NCBI GenBank assembly: GCA_016845205.1
Contig: JAERTA010000068.1
Location: forward strand, 1-56,321
Direction: 5' to 3'
Length of the DNA: 56,321 bases
Source of the DNA: Gammaproteobacteria bacterium
GTDB lineage: Bacteria; Pseudomonadota; Gammaproteobacteria; PS1; Pseudothioglobaceae
The notes under the pieces are model-generated. The model did not search any database and was not told the DNA's origin. It was given only the letters and a program-made list of their open reading frames with translations. The position numbers and the translations under genes were made by a program. Numbering within the stretch: position 1 is the first letter of the stretch; each line of letters begins with the position of its first letter. Below, in pieces: positions 1-9,860 of the stretch.

Positions 1-381
1 GTGAGCAACATCCAACCAACTGACGAGCAACTAGATGATTTAATGTTTGCTTGGAAAGTAGCCAAAACCGTTAAATCTAATGCGATTGTCTATGTGAAAA
101 ATCAAATGACCATTGGTGTTGGCGCTGGGCAAATGTCTCGCGTCTACTCAGCTAAAATCGCTGGCATTAAAGCCGCTGATGAAAATCTAGTAGTTGAAGG
201 TTCAGTGATGGCGTCAGATGCATTCTTCCCATTCCGTGATGGTATTGATGCAGCGGCTGAAGCTGGTATTAAAGCCATTATCCAACCAGGCGGTTCAATG
301 CGTGATAATGAGGTAATTGAAGCGGCGAACGAGCATGGGATTGCAATGATATTCACAAGTATGCGTCATTTTAAGCATTGA
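1..381 (+). CDS. purH: PurH (AICAR transformylase/IMP cyclohydrolase), C-terminal fragment; 5' end lies outside the window
   Basis: ORF is open at the window edge. Contains PurH C-terminal motifs [23 protein letters not shown] and [10 protein letters not shown]. Confidence 0.85.
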   Translation: MSNIQPTDEQLDDLMFAWKVAKTVKSNAIVYVKNQMTIGVGAGQMSRVYSAKIAGIKAADENLVVEGSVMASDAFFPFRDGIDAAAEAGIKAIIQPGGSMRDNEVIEAANEHGIAMIFTSMRHFKH

Positions 382-1579
382 AGATTTCTTGAAAAATTAA
401 CTTAAGACCTTTCCTTAAAATTATTTCATCTTTCGCATAGTTGATACGAATGCATTGATGCTGGTGTGGCCAGTCGTCATCCATGCCGATAAAAAAGTTG
501 TGCCCAGGAATGATGTAAACCCCTTTGGCTTTGAGTTGTTGATACAGCTCTTCTGAAGTGATTTTTAAATCTGGAAACCATAACCACATAAAAAATGCAC
601 CTTCGAGCTTATGAAGTTTAGCGCTGGTATTGCCAAATATTTCATTGAATAATTTAACGGCAATATCTGCCTTAGATTGATAATACGGCTTAACGATATT
701 GCTGGCTAATGGTATTAGCTCATTGTTTTTTACCATTCTAGTTAAAAGATTAGGGCCGACACTGCTAGGGGCGAGTGTTAGTGTGCCGCTCATTCTGCTT
801 ATCGCCTCAACGGTTTCATGATTAGCAATCACAACACCAGTTCTAACACCTGGTAAGCCGAGCTTGGATAATGATAAACACAAAATGGTATTTTCATTCC
901 AGCTGAGTGTCGCCTCGGTATAAATCGCACCCGGAAAAGGATTGCCATAAGCATTATCAACGATTAGTGGAATATTATTGGCTTGGGCGATTGCATCCAG
1001 CTGAGACAGCTCATCATCGGTAATCACATTGCCAGTTGGATTGGTGGGGCGTGATACACAAATAACACCAATATTTTCTTGTTTGAGTATTTGGGTTAAC
1101 TGTTTAAAATCAATTTGGTATTTAAATTGCTGATGGTCACACTCTTGAATTTTAGGCTTGCCGGCCACCAACATATCTTCTGATAAACCTTGATCTGCAT
1201 AGCCGATGTATTCAGGCGCTAAAGGCAATAAAATCTTATTTTTTGTACCGTCTGACATCTCGCCAGCGAATAGATTAAACAACGAAAAGAAACTGGCTTG
1301 TGAGCCATTGGTAATGGCAATATTACCTATATCTAGGCTCCAGCTATAATGATCATTTAGCATGTTAACCAAAGCATCGATAAAGGCTTCTGATCCCTGC
1401 GGACCATCATAATGACTGAGCATTTGATCCACACCCGCATTGTTAATTAACTGGGTTAACTCATCTACAAAAATAGCATGCGCCTCAGGAACGAGTGCCG
1501 GATTACCTCCACCGAGCATAATGATGTTTTCATCATTACTATGATTAGCTTTGCCAAGATCATCCATTAACCGAGTCAT
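371..1579 (-). CDS. avtA: Class I/II PLP aminotransferase, valine-pyruvate transaminase (AvtA)-like
   Basis: 402 aa. Motifs [18 protein letters not shown] and [13 protein letters not shown] (PLP-Lys region) resemble AvtA. An in-frame stop lies just upstream of the ATG. Confidence 0.7.
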   Translation of the reverse strand: MTRLMDDLGKANHSNDENIIMLGGGNPALVPEAHAIFVDELTQLINNAGVDQMLSHYDGPQGSEAFIDALVNMLNDHYSWSLDIGNIAITNGSQASFFSLFNLFAGEMSDGTKNKILLPLAPEYIGYADQGLSEDMLVAGKPKIQECDHQQFKYQIDFKQLTQILKQENIGVICVSRPTNPTGNVITDDELSQLDAIAQANNIPLIVDNAYGNPFPGAIYTEATLSWNENTILCLSLSKLGLPGVRTGVVIANHETVEAISRMSGTLTLAPSSVGPNLLTRMVKNNELIPLASNIVKPYYQSKADIAVKLFNEIFGNTSAKLHKLEGAFFMWLWFPDLKITSEELYQQLKAKGVYIIPGHNFFIGMDDDWPHQHQCIRINYAKDEIILRKGLKLIFQEIFNA

Positions 1580-1724
1580 GCACGATTAGCGGGTGAATTT
1601 TTGGCCGAATTTTGAATAGTTTTGATTCACGGGTTTATTCTATAGCAAATACAATTGGGTTTTATATTAACTCAGTAGGCTTAACTATAGATTAAAATGA
1701 CGCATCACTACAAACTTTCTTAAC

Positions 1725-2138
1725 ATGAGTACAGAAAAAATCACTGCCTATCCGGAAATTACTGAAACCATCATTGAAGGTGATGACGTTGTTTCTGTTA
1801 CCCAAGGAAACTATGACCTTGATAAAGTCATAGCACATGTAAATGAAAGCATCGCAATGGTTAAAAAGTACGAAGAGATGGGTTATTACACTTTAGCCAA
1901 ACCTGAATTTGTATCTGAAGTTATCACCACTTTTACCGATTTAGAAGTGAGCAAAAAAGAGGTTATTCGCGCAAATAACTTTATGGATGTTCAAGGCTAC
2001 CAAGAGTGTAATCGTGTTTGGCAACTGCCTGATGAAATGAAAGTGCAAGTCTCACAAATGCTTTACGGCTTCTACATTACTTTTGATAGCGAAAACTGGG
2101 AAGACTTTAATGTCGAGCCCATTGAAGAATCAAACTAA
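1725..2138 (+). CDS. Hypothetical acidic protein (137 aa)
   Basis: Clean ORF in an otherwise empty interval. No family recognised. Its stop overlaps the dbpA stop by 4 nt (convergent). Confidence 0.5.
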   Translation: MSTEKITAYPEITETIIEGDDVVSVTQGNYDLDKVIAHVNESIAMVKKYEEMGYYTLAKPEFVSEVITTFTDLEVSKKEVIRANNFMDVQGYQECNRVWQLPDEMKVQVSQMLYGFYITFDSENWEDFNVEPIEESN

Positions 2139-3520
2139 GAGAGAATTCTCACTCTAAACGATCTACCTTTAAGTTTATCTTGGCTGATTTTCTTCAGCGC
2201 TGGTTTAATCAGCTCTGAACTCACCGCCACATAAGACCAGTTGCTCGCCACATTAATCTTGCCAATTTTGTCACCCGGAATACCGCCCTTGCCTGTGAGC
2301 CCACCGACAATATCGCCAGGGCGGAGTTTTTGTTTTTTACCACCATCAATTTTGAGTGTGGTCATTGAAGGCTTTTTCACTGGCTTATCTAGGTAGCTGT
2401 CACTCGGCAGTGGATCAGCAAATTGTTCAGCATCAATACCAAGCTCTAGTGCATCAAGCTTATGCATTTCACGCTCACCATACAAGGTGCAAGCAATACC
2501 GCTACGCCCCGCTCTACCGGTACGACCAATGCGGTGCACATGTACTTCTGGATCGTGCGCAATATTAAAGTTGATCACCATATCAAGCGCATCAATATCT
2601 AAGCCTCTAGCGGCTACATCTGTTGCCACTAAGACCGACACACTTTTATTCGAAAAACGAATCAAAGCTTGGTCACGCTCACGCTGATCCAAATCGCCAT
2701 GAATGGCAAGTGCATAAAAACCATAATAAACCAGCTCATCGGCCACATCCTGCGTATCACTTTTGGTATTGCAAAACACCAAAGCCGAAGTTGGTTTGTG
2801 TTTGGCTAGTAATAATCTTAAAGCCGTCATGCGATCATCGGCACTATTGGCTTTATGAAAGTATTGTTTAATAGTGCTTTCTTCATGAACGGCAGGCGCC
2901 TCAACCATAGTAGGATTTTGCATCACTCGATTGGCAATACTGGCGATTTCATCAGGATAAGTAGCACTAAATAACAAGGTTTGGCGCTTGGTAGGAATTT
3001 TTTCAATAATCTCATCAATCGCATCTTGAAAGCCCATGTCTAACATGCGATCAGCCTCATCCAATACCAATGTTTTAATATGATCTAACTTAAGCGTGCC
3101 TTTGCGCAAATGCTCCTCAATGCGCCCGGGTGTACCAACCACAATATGCACACCATGCGCTAGCGAACCAATCTGTGGGCCGAAAGGCGCTCCGCCACAA
3201 AGCGTTAATACTTTAATGTTATGAATCGCTCTAGCAAGTTTGCGGATTTCGCTGGCGACTTGGTCAGCCAACTCACGCGTTGGACACAAGACAATAGATT
3301 GCGCTTTAAAAGATTTGACATCAAGTTTTTGCAACAAGCCCAAACCAAACGCTGCGGTTTTACCCGAGCCAGTTTTGCCTTGGCCAATCACATCCTTGTT
3401 GGATAAGATAGCTGGCAAACTTAGCTGTTGAATCGGTGTCATTGATTCATAACCCAATGAACTCAGATTTTTTAATAAGTCAGGATGTAAGTCTAGCGAC
3501 GAAAAATCAGCAGAAGACAA
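2135..3520 (-). CDS. dbpA: ATP-dependent DEAD-box RNA helicase DbpA
   Basis: Motifs AKTGSGKTAAF, PTRELA, DEAD, SAT and HRIGRTGRAG, plus a DbpA-type C-terminal RNA-binding domain (IDGGKKQKLRPGDIVGGLTG). Collinear with E. coli DbpA. Apparent TTG start. Confidence 0.9.
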   Translation of the reverse strand: MSSADFSSLDLHPDLLKNLSSLGYESMTPIQQLSLPAILSNKDVIGQGKTGSGKTAAFGLGLLQKLDVKSFKAQSIVLCPTRELADQVASEIRKLARAIHNIKVLTLCGGAPFGPQIGSLAHGVHIVVGTPGRIEEHLRKGTLKLDHIKTLVLDEADRMLDMGFQDAIDEIIEKIPTKRQTLLFSATYPDEIASIANRVMQNPTMVEAPAVHEESTIKQYFHKANSADDRMTALRLLLAKHKPTSALVFCNTKSDTQDVADELVYYGFYALAIHGDLDQRERDQALIRFSNKSVSVLVATDVAARGLDIDALDMVINFNIAHDPEVHVHRIGRTGRAGRSGIACTLYGEREMHKLDALELGIDAEQFADPLPSDSYLDKPVKKPSMTTLKIDGGKKQKLRPGDIVGGLTGKGGIPGDKIGKINVASNWSYVAVSSELIKPALKKISQDKLKGRSFRVRILS

Positions 3521-3557
3521 GGTAAATACTCGATATTAAGATAAGGTGAATTTTACC

Positions 3558-4592
3558 CTAATCTACAATATTGATATCAATGCCCTGATCGAGTAACTCT
3601 TGCTGGCGAACATTAAGATAATCACCAAATCGTGGATACGTATCATAGTGCTTGCCACTCACATAACGCAGTACGGTGTTGAAATGAAAACTGTAAAGTT
3701 TGCCATCAATTTTAGTAATATTTTTACCCTCATTAAACAGCAAAATACCGGGGCGGTAATTAAGGTCATGGTCCTTCACCAGTTGCCTTGGTGAGGTTGC
3801 ATTGCCTTCAAAATCAATGATTTTTTGATCAGAATAGGCATCAAAACGAATGAATAAATACTTATCTAGCTCGGCTTTTACATCAGCTCTGTTGATTAAG
3901 TTGTGATGAAAATCTTCGCAAGCAAGACAATCTTTGTCTTCAAATAGGATAGCCACTGGTTGGTTGTACCCTTGCAAATAATTCACTTTTTCTAAACCTG
4001 GATAATCAATAAAAGTATAGCCTGTCGCTGTTTTCTGCTTTGATTCTACATAATTAGACAGTGTTGTATTTTTGTACGATTGGCTTGCCACATATTCTAA
4101 AACTTGTCTGAAAGCCTTTGGTGTACGATAGCCGTTGGTTCGAAAGGCTGGTTTGCCGTCTTCGCCCATAAAAATAATGGTCGGCGTGTATTGTACTTTT
4201 AGATTTTGACTGAGCTCTTTTTCTAACAAAGCCTCGCCTTCATTTAAAGTAATCTCGCGATCACCTTTGATATTAACTGAAATAACTGAAAAATGGGTTT
4301 TGATAAAGTCTAGATTGTCGCCCGATTTAAAGTTTTGATCTAGCATCGCACTACAATAAGGGCAACCATCTAAATGAAAATATAATAAAACTTGTTTATT
4401 GTTATCTGTCGCTTCTTCAACATCCTCGCTAATTTCTAAGAAACTATCGGTAAACCAAGCGGGTATTTCATAAGTAGCGCCGCCAGTAACTTTGCCAATT
4501 TTTTGTTCTTCTGCGTTTGAGTAAACACTAAAAAACACCAAGGACAAAACGGCAATTAAACGCAAAAAATAAAATGAATATCTAACACTCAT
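3558..4592 (-). CDS. Secreted protein with two thioredoxin-like modules (CPYC and CLAC motifs)
   Basis: Start moved to the internal ATG at 4592, which gives a signal-peptide-like N-terminus (MSVRYSFYFLRLIAVLSLVFFSVYSNA). The track's TTG start at 4757 would run through the 6S RNA gene. Two CxxC motifs are present. Confidence 0.7.
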   Translation of the reverse strand: MSVRYSFYFLRLIAVLSLVFFSVYSNAEEQKIGKVTGGATYEIPAWFTDSFLEISEDVEEATDNNKQVLLYFHLDGCPYCSAMLDQNFKSGDNLDFIKTHFSVISVNIKGDREITLNEGEALLEKELSQNLKVQYTPTIIFMGEDGKPAFRTNGYRTPKAFRQVLEYVASQSYKNTTLSNYVESKQKTATGYTFIDYPGLEKVNYLQGYNQPVAILFEDKDCLACEDFHHNLINRADVKAELDKYLFIRFDAYSDQKIIDFEGNATSPRQLVKDHDLNYRPGILLFNEGKNITKIDGKLYSFHFNTVLRYVSGKHYDTYPRFGDYLNVRQQELLDQGIDINIVD

Positions 4593-4636
4593 AACACTTT
4601 TAGTTAATCTAAACTTTTTTAATAATACTCTTATTA

Positions 4637-4664
4637 TTGACAAATATATTACTTTATTTATACA
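4637..4664 (+). promoter_or_regulatory. Candidate sigma70 promoter for 6S RNA (TTGACA - 16 nt - TATACA)
   Basis: TTGACA at 4637-4642 and TATACA at 4659-4664, about 40 nt upstream of the predicted mature 6S 5' end. Confidence 0.35.
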
Positions 4665-4702
4665 AAAAAGTTGGATAACCGTTGTGCAAACGGTGATAAT
4701 AA

Positions 4703-4886
4703 TAATTGTCTGTTGTGTTTGTAGTTGACTATATCCCCTGAGCCGATAAATAAACAACTAAGGAGATGAGATAGCTTACTATTGAGCAAGCCCGTCATGA
4801 AACGGGAAGCCTGCGGTAATCTTCGAACTTCCGCCTTGAGCCTTCTTGGTTCAGGTTTCTTTCAACGCGACACAATGGATCACTCT
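4703..4886 (+). ncRNA. ssrS: 6S RNA (RNA polymerase-sigma70 regulator); ends approximate
   Basis: CCCCTGAGCCGATAAATAAAC closely matches E. coli 6S CCCCUGAGCCGAUAUUUCAUAC. A 3' GGTTCAGG segment pairs back to CCTGAGCC with one G-U. The GAGCA...GAAGCC central segment is conserved. Distal 5'/3' arms are complementary (TTGTGT with ACACAA). The gene sits directly upstream of the 5-formyl-THF cyclo-ligase gene, as ssrS-ygfA does in E. coli. Confidence 0.75.
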
Positions 4887-4917
4887 TATTTTTAGCACTT
4901 CAGTTATAATCCTTACT

Positions 4918-5472
4918 ATGAAGACGCTTAGACAATCCATCCGCATTCAAAGACGATCAGTTCCAGCATCTGAGCGAGAGAAGTTTGCTAAACGATTATT
5001 ACTTCAAGTACAAAAATTAGCAAATTTTAAGAATGGGCAAAAAATTGCGCTTTATTTGCCAAATGATGGTGAAATTAACACTAAATACATACAAAACTTC
5101 TTAAAAAGTAAGGGTATTAGCATATATTTGCCGATATTAGTCGGTAAAAGTCTTAAATTTGCAAAAGTTGGTAAAAATTTCAGAAAAAATCGATATGGCA
5201 TTGATGAGCCCATTTCTACCCAAATTTTAAATGCAAATCAGCTTAATATTATCTTTATGCCGTTGGTGGGTTTTGATCAGTTTAAAAATCGCATTGGTAT
5301 GGGTGGTGGTTTTTATGACCGTACCTTGAGCTTTAAAAATCGACAACAAAATTATAAAAGTCCCAAACTTTATGGTTTGGCTTTTGATTGTCAAGAAGTG
5401 GCTGAGCTCAATGTTAAGCCATGGGATGTGCCACTAGACGCAGTGGTAACGCCGACTACAATTTACCAGTAG
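4918..5472 (+). CDS. ygfA: 5-formyltetrahydrofolate cyclo-ligase
   Basis: Start moved to the ATG at 4918 (MKTLRQSIR...), because the track start at 4846 lies inside the 6S RNA. The GMGGGFYDR motif is typical of 5-FCL. Synteny with ssrS supports the call. Confidence 0.85.
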   Translation: MKTLRQSIRIQRRSVPASEREKFAKRLLLQVQKLANFKNGQKIALYLPNDGEINTKYIQNFLKSKGISIYLPILVGKSLKFAKVGKNFRKNRYGIDEPISTQILNANQLNIIFMPLVGFDQFKNRIGMGGGFYDRTLSFKNRQQNYKSPKLYGLAFDCQEVAELNVKPWDVPLDAVVTPTTIYQ

Positions 5473-6613
5473 CGTGTTTTTGAAAAAATGATTTAAGCGT
5501 CGGATTTTCATTAATCAGATTCATACCAAAACCACGCAACCAACGAAGTGGTTCGTTATTTTCTTTATAAATCCAGTTTAAACCGGTCATGGTTTTTGCC
5601 ATTAGTTCATTATCAAGTCGACGCGCTCTGGCATAAGAACGCAATACACCATAATCACCCAAGGGTTTAGTGCTACTTTGTAATTGATTAGAAAGCTCTT
5701 CAACGTCAGCAAAACCTAAGTTAACGCCTTGCCCTGCAAGCGGGTGAATGTTGTGCGCCGCATCGCCAATCAGCGCCATGTTTTCTTTTACGTAATCTTT
5801 GGCACTGCGCTCAATCAGTGGGAATGCTTGGGCTTTGTTTAGCGCTTTAAACTGGCTAAAACGATACTCAACACCAGCTGATAATCGATCGGCAAAGTCT
5901 TGTGGAGATAACGCCAACAACTCATCGGCCAGAGCGTTTTCAGCTGACCAAACGATTGAGGCTTCATTGTTACTCAGTGGTAACAAGGCGATAATGCTAT
6001 CGGATAAAAAACGTTGCCAAGTGGTGTCTTCAAAACCTTTGTCAGAGTGGATATTACAAATAATGGCTTTTTGCCCATAATTGGTTTCAGTGAACTCAAT
6101 TTGAGCTAAATCACGAATACGTGAACGTGCGCCATCAGCACCAATTAACAAGTGACAAGACAACTGCTGATCATTATCAAGCTGTAATTGGTAGCCCTCA
6201 TCAACCTTATTAATATTATCAAGTTTGGCCTTAATAAACTCAACCTTGGTATCGCTTAACGCTGTAAATATTGCTGACTGAATGGCATCATTTTCAATGA
6301 TATGACCTAAGTGATTAAGTTCATCATCGACAGCATTAAAATCTAAATTGCCATGTGAATTTTGATCCCAAACTTTGGTTTGAGTAAAAGCATGCTTGCG
6401 TTTGATTAAATCCCAAACGCCAAGTCTGGTTAAAAAAGCTTCAGACGTTGGCGTAATAGCACTAACGCGTGCATGAAAATCTTTTTCCAACTTTGGGCTA
6501 GGGTTGTTTGGCTCAATAATGGCAATCGATGCGTTGGTTTTTTGTGCCATACTCAAAGCAAAAGCTTGCCCCACCATGCCGCCGCCGACAACAATAATAT
6601 CAAACTGATTCAT
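5456..6613 (-). CDS. FAD-dependent ubiquinone-biosynthesis hydroxylase, UbiH/UbiI/UbiF family
   Basis: N-terminal FAD-binding GxGxxG motif (IIVVGGGMVGQA) and GDAAHNIHPLAGQGVNLG motif. Confidence 0.85.
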   Translation of the reverse strand: MNQFDIIVVGGGMVGQAFALSMAQKTNASIAIIEPNNPSPKLEKDFHARVSAITPTSEAFLTRLGVWDLIKRKHAFTQTKVWDQNSHGNLDFNAVDDELNHLGHIIENDAIQSAIFTALSDTKVEFIKAKLDNINKVDEGYQLQLDNDQQLSCHLLIGADGARSRIRDLAQIEFTETNYGQKAIICNIHSDKGFEDTTWQRFLSDSIIALLPLSNNEASIVWSAENALADELLALSPQDFADRLSAGVEYRFSQFKALNKAQAFPLIERSAKDYVKENMALIGDAAHNIHPLAGQGVNLGFADVEELSNQLQSSTKPLGDYGVLRSYARARRLDNELMAKTMTGLNWIYKENNEPLRWLRGFGMNLINENPTLKSFFQKHATGKL

Positions 6614-7926
6614 GACTCCCCTGCAATAGTCATTTGATTAATCAATACTGAGCCCACTTTTAGATTACTACGTTGGTCAACATCCCTACCAACATACTCA
6701 ATACCCAGCAACATGTCTTTTAAATTGCCAGCAATAGTCAGGCCAGAAACAGGGTATTGGATCTCGCCATTTTCTACCCAAAATCCGAGTGCGCCTCGTG
6801 AATAATCACCCGTTGTGGCATTTACCCCTTGACCCATAAGCTCGGTTACTACCAAACCTTTATCCATGGTTTTTATCATCTCGTCTAAGCCGCCATCAAA
6901 ATTAGCGGCGACATTAACATTGTTGGTACCACCTGCATTAGCCGTAGTTTTAAGGCCAAGTTGATTGGCTGAATATTGCCCCATTACATAGCTTTTCACT
7001 CGCCCATTTTCAACAAAGCATTGCTCACGTTTGAGCACGCCATCACGATCAAAAGCTTTGGCGCCGAGTGTCTTTTTTGCAAAAGGCTGTTCAAACAAAC
7101 TCAAGCTTTCTGGGATAACAATTTGGTCAAGGCTATTTAATAAAAAGGTTGATTTTTTGTATTGTCTTGAACCACCCAAAGCGCCTAATAACTGAGCAAA
7201 TAATCCACCTGATAAACGCGAAGTAAAAATTACTGGGCATTTTTGTGATGCGAGTGATTTTGCACCTAATTTTTGCTGAGCTAACAAGGCTGCCTTTGTA
7301 CCCACTTGCTCTGGTGATTCCATGTCATTTGCATCAAGCGCCGTGGTGTATTCGTAGGCAGTTTGCATATCATCATCACGCTTGGCAATTAACGCACAAT
7401 TAAGTGAATGGCGAGTACTACTTTGTGAGGCAATCAGTCCATTGGAGTTAGCATACAAACCCTCACCTTGAAAACTAGAAACCTCTGCGCCTTCCGAATT
7501 ATCAATTTCATTTTGCTCAAGCGCAATAGCTTCACAAGCTTTGGCTAGATCAATACTGTGTTTTGCGTCTAAATCCCAAGGATGATAGAGATCTAAATCA
7601 GGCACATCAAATGCCATTAAGTCTTTTGGTGCTAATCCATTAAATGGATCTTCTTGAGTGTATTTTGCAATCAAACAGGCAGATTCAATGGTTTTGTTTA
7701 AGCTGTCTTTACTCAAATCAACGCTTGAAGCATGGCCTTTCTTTTGCCCCATGTAAACATTAATTTCAAAATTTTTGTCTAAATGATATTGTAGTGTTTC
7801 TACCTCGCCGAGTCTAACTGCAGTTGAAACACCAGAACTTGATCCAAGCGATATTTCATAGTCACTAACCTTGTATTGCTTTAACAAGTCAATGGCTAAT
7901 TGGGCAGTTTGCTCTAAAGATGGCAT
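6610..7926 (-). CDS. pmbA: PmbA/TldE metalloprotease-family protein
   Basis: 438 aa, PmbA_TldD-like throughout. Overlaps the downstream gene by 4 nt. Confidence 0.8.
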   Translation of the reverse strand: MPSLEQTAQLAIDLLKQYKVSDYEISLGSSSGVSTAVRLGEVETLQYHLDKNFEINVYMGQKKGHASSVDLSKDSLNKTIESACLIAKYTQEDPFNGLAPKDLMAFDVPDLDLYHPWDLDAKHSIDLAKACEAIALEQNEIDNSEGAEVSSFQGEGLYANSNGLIASQSSTRHSLNCALIAKRDDDMQTAYEYTTALDANDMESPEQVGTKAALLAQQKLGAKSLASQKCPVIFTSRLSGGLFAQLLGALGGSRQYKKSTFLLNSLDQIVIPESLSLFEQPFAKKTLGAKAFDRDGVLKREQCFVENGRVKSYVMGQYSANQLGLKTTANAGGTNNVNVAANFDGGLDEMIKTMDKGLVVTELMGQGVNATTGDYSRGALGFWVENGEIQYPVSGLTIAGNLKDMLLGIEYVGRDVDQRSNLKVGSVLINQMTIAGES

Positions 7927-7934
7927 GGGTAGAA

Positions 7935-8684
7935 TTATACTAAGTAATCCAAATCAGTTGGCTGTGGAACTTCAATTACGTGGTGCGAATGTTGAAGATC
8001 GAGTATTAATGATTTAGCTGGCATCCATAAAGCTAAAATACCCAAAGCAATAATCAACGCGCCAGAGAATTTTCTCACTAAAGGTTTTTTAATGGCCTCA
8101 CTTAGCTTTGAAGAAAACCCTGCCATTAACAACAAGCTAGGCAGCGTACCTAACCCAAAAGCCAACATAATCAGCCCACCTTGAACAGCAGAGCCTGACA
8201 ATACAGCGAAACTGAGCGCACCATAAACCAGCCCACAAGGAATACCACCCCAAAGTAGGCCAACCAAAAAAGCACTTTTTAAACTGGTGACTGGTAAAAA
8301 TCTTTGGCTAATGGGTTGTAATTTTGCCCACAATTTGGCGCCAAATCTCTCTAATATTTGTATGCCTGCATACCAATTAGCGATATATAAGCCCACCAGT
8401 ACCATCAACAAACCCGAGAATATTCTCAATACATAATCAAGTGTACTCATCTTAAGCATGTTCGAGAGCAACTCTCCAGCTAAGCCAAACACTACACCCA
8501 TTAAGATGTAACTCAAAATTCGACCCGTGTTGTAATTTAGATGATACAACGAAGTCTTTTTGGGGTTAGCTCTAAGCGATTCTGGCAAGGCTGACGTTAA
8601 TAAAGCAACCACACCGCCGCACATACCTAGACAGTGAACACCACCCAATAAACCCATTAAAAAAACAATGATTAGCGTATCCAT
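7935..8684 (-). CDS. Polytopic membrane protein with HCLGMCGG motif (DsbD_2/TauE-like)
   Basis: 249 aa with multiple hydrophobic helices and an N-terminal GGVHCLGMCGG motif. Family assignment is tentative. Confidence 0.55.
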   Translation of the reverse strand: MDTLIIVFLMGLLGGVHCLGMCGGVVALLTSALPESLRANPKKTSLYHLNYNTGRILSYILMGVVFGLAGELLSNMLKMSTLDYVLRIFSGLLMVLVGLYIANWYAGIQILERFGAKLWAKLQPISQRFLPVTSLKSAFLVGLLWGGIPCGLVYGALSFAVLSGSAVQGGLIMLAFGLGTLPSLLLMAGFSSKLSEAIKKPLVRKFSGALIIALGILALWMPAKSLILDLQHSHHVIEVPQPTDLDYLV

Positions 8685-9523
8685 TACTTATTATTGATCT
8701 TAGTGACTTCTAATAAATGCAGTCTACGAGAGTCGGTTTTTAATACTTTAAAATTAAACCCTTGCAAGTCAATTTGACTCATTTGTTCAGGCAAATAAGT
8801 AAAACCAGCAACCACAAAGCCAGCAACAGTATCAATATCGTCTACCTTTAAGTCGGCTTCAAAAAATTCGTTAAATTCTTCTAGTGGTGTATTGGCTTTT
8901 AATAAGTACCGGCCTTCACCAAAGTCAATGATATTGTCTTCTTCAAAATCATGCTCATCTTCAATCTCACCAACAATTTGCTCAAGCACGTCTTCTAACG
9001 TCACCAAGCCGGCAATCTCGCCATATTCATCCATTACTACTGCCATGTGTGAATGTTTCTGCTGGAAATCTCTAAGTAAGCCACCCAAAGTTTTACTCTC
9101 TGGTACCAAGACTGCAGGACGCAAATATTCCTTATAGCTAAATTCTTTTTTCTGGTTAACAGCTAAATGTCCCAGTAAATCTTTCGCCAGAATAATACCT
9201 TGGATTCTATCCTCTTGCGCATTTAACACTGGGAATCGAGAATGTGCTGATTTAACCATTATTTCAAGTAAATCTTTAACAGGAGCTTTGTTTTTTATTA
9301 GCACCATCTTCGACTTTGGCACCATGACATCACGCACTTCAAGATTTTCAAGCTGCATCGTACCCTCGATGATAGATCGAGAGTGTGAATCAATAATATG
9401 ACTTTCTTCCGCTTCTTTTAAAGCCTGTAATAGTTCATCACTAGATTTTAGTGGCGAGTGGAAAAATTGTTTTTTTAGTCTTTGTAAAAAAGACAATGTC
9501 GAGGGAGGGTGTTCTTCGTTCAT
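8684..9523 (-). CDS. corC: CorC/HlyC-family CBS-domain divalent-cation efflux protein
   Basis: Tandem CBS region plus a CorC_HlyC C-terminal domain (VMDEYGEIAGLVTLEDVLEQIVGEIEDEHD). Confidence 0.85.
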   Translation of the reverse strand: MNEEHPPSTLSFLQRLKKQFFHSPLKSSDELLQALKEAEESHIIDSHSRSIIEGTMQLENLEVRDVMVPKSKMVLIKNKAPVKDLLEIMVKSAHSRFPVLNAQEDRIQGIILAKDLLGHLAVNQKKEFSYKEYLRPAVLVPESKTLGGLLRDFQQKHSHMAVVMDEYGEIAGLVTLEDVLEQIVGEIEDEHDFEEDNIIDFGEGRYLLKANTPLEEFNEFFEADLKVDDIDTVAGFVVAGFTYLPEQMSQIDLQGFNFKVLKTDSRRLHLLEVTKINNK

Positions 9524-9563
9524 CTAATGTTAAATAGCGATTAGGCGTTTATTATAGCAAAAA

Positions 9564-9860
9564 TTAGCTTTTTTTACCACTACGCATGACTTTGCCTTTT
9601 GCCGCACGCTCTTTTCGCACTTGTTTTGGGTCGGCAATTAGTGGGCGATAGATTTCTACGCGGTCTTTTTCGCGTAATACAGTGTCTAATTTTGCAATTT
9701 TTCCAAAAATTCCGGTTTTATCTTTGGTTAGGTCAATTTGAGGATAGGTGTCAATAATGCCAGAGCGTTCAATGGCTTGCTTGAGTGTTGTACCCTCATC
9801 TACCTCTAGCTCAAGTAGGGTTTGTTTTTTCTCAAGTGCGTAGGCGACTTCAACTAGCAT
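9564..9860 (-). CDS. rnfH: RnfH-family ubiquitin-like protein
   Basis: [13 protein letters not shown]...[12 protein letters not shown] is collinear with E. coli RnfH. Start taken at the ATG at 9860 rather than the track start at 9884. Confidence 0.8.
   Translation of the reverse strand: MLVEVAYALEKKQTLLELEVDEGTTLKQAIERSGIIDTYPQIDLTKDKTGIFGKIAKLDTVLREKDRVEIYRPLIADPKQVRKERAAKGKVMRSGKKS

Noticed and set aside
2135-2138. Convergent gene pairs whose 3' ends overlap or abut with no room for terminators (1725-ORF/dbpA 4 nt; ygfA/ubiH-like 17 nt at 5456-5472; ald/pyrE 4 nt at 39930-39933; truA/SLC13-like 14-nt gap)
   Set aside because: This is a real observation but typical of compact bacterial genomes, and there is no evidence of special regulation.
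4593-4917. N-terminal extensions of track ORFs 3558..4757 (minus) and 4846..5472 (plus)
   Set aside because: Both extensions use weak alternative starts and run across the 6S RNA gene. Internal ATGs give a proper signal peptide and a canonical 5-FCL N-terminus respectively. Similar trimming was applied to pyrE (40568), ald (38824), acnB (34498), rpmB (37531), rnfH (9860) and the ferritin-like gene (24939).
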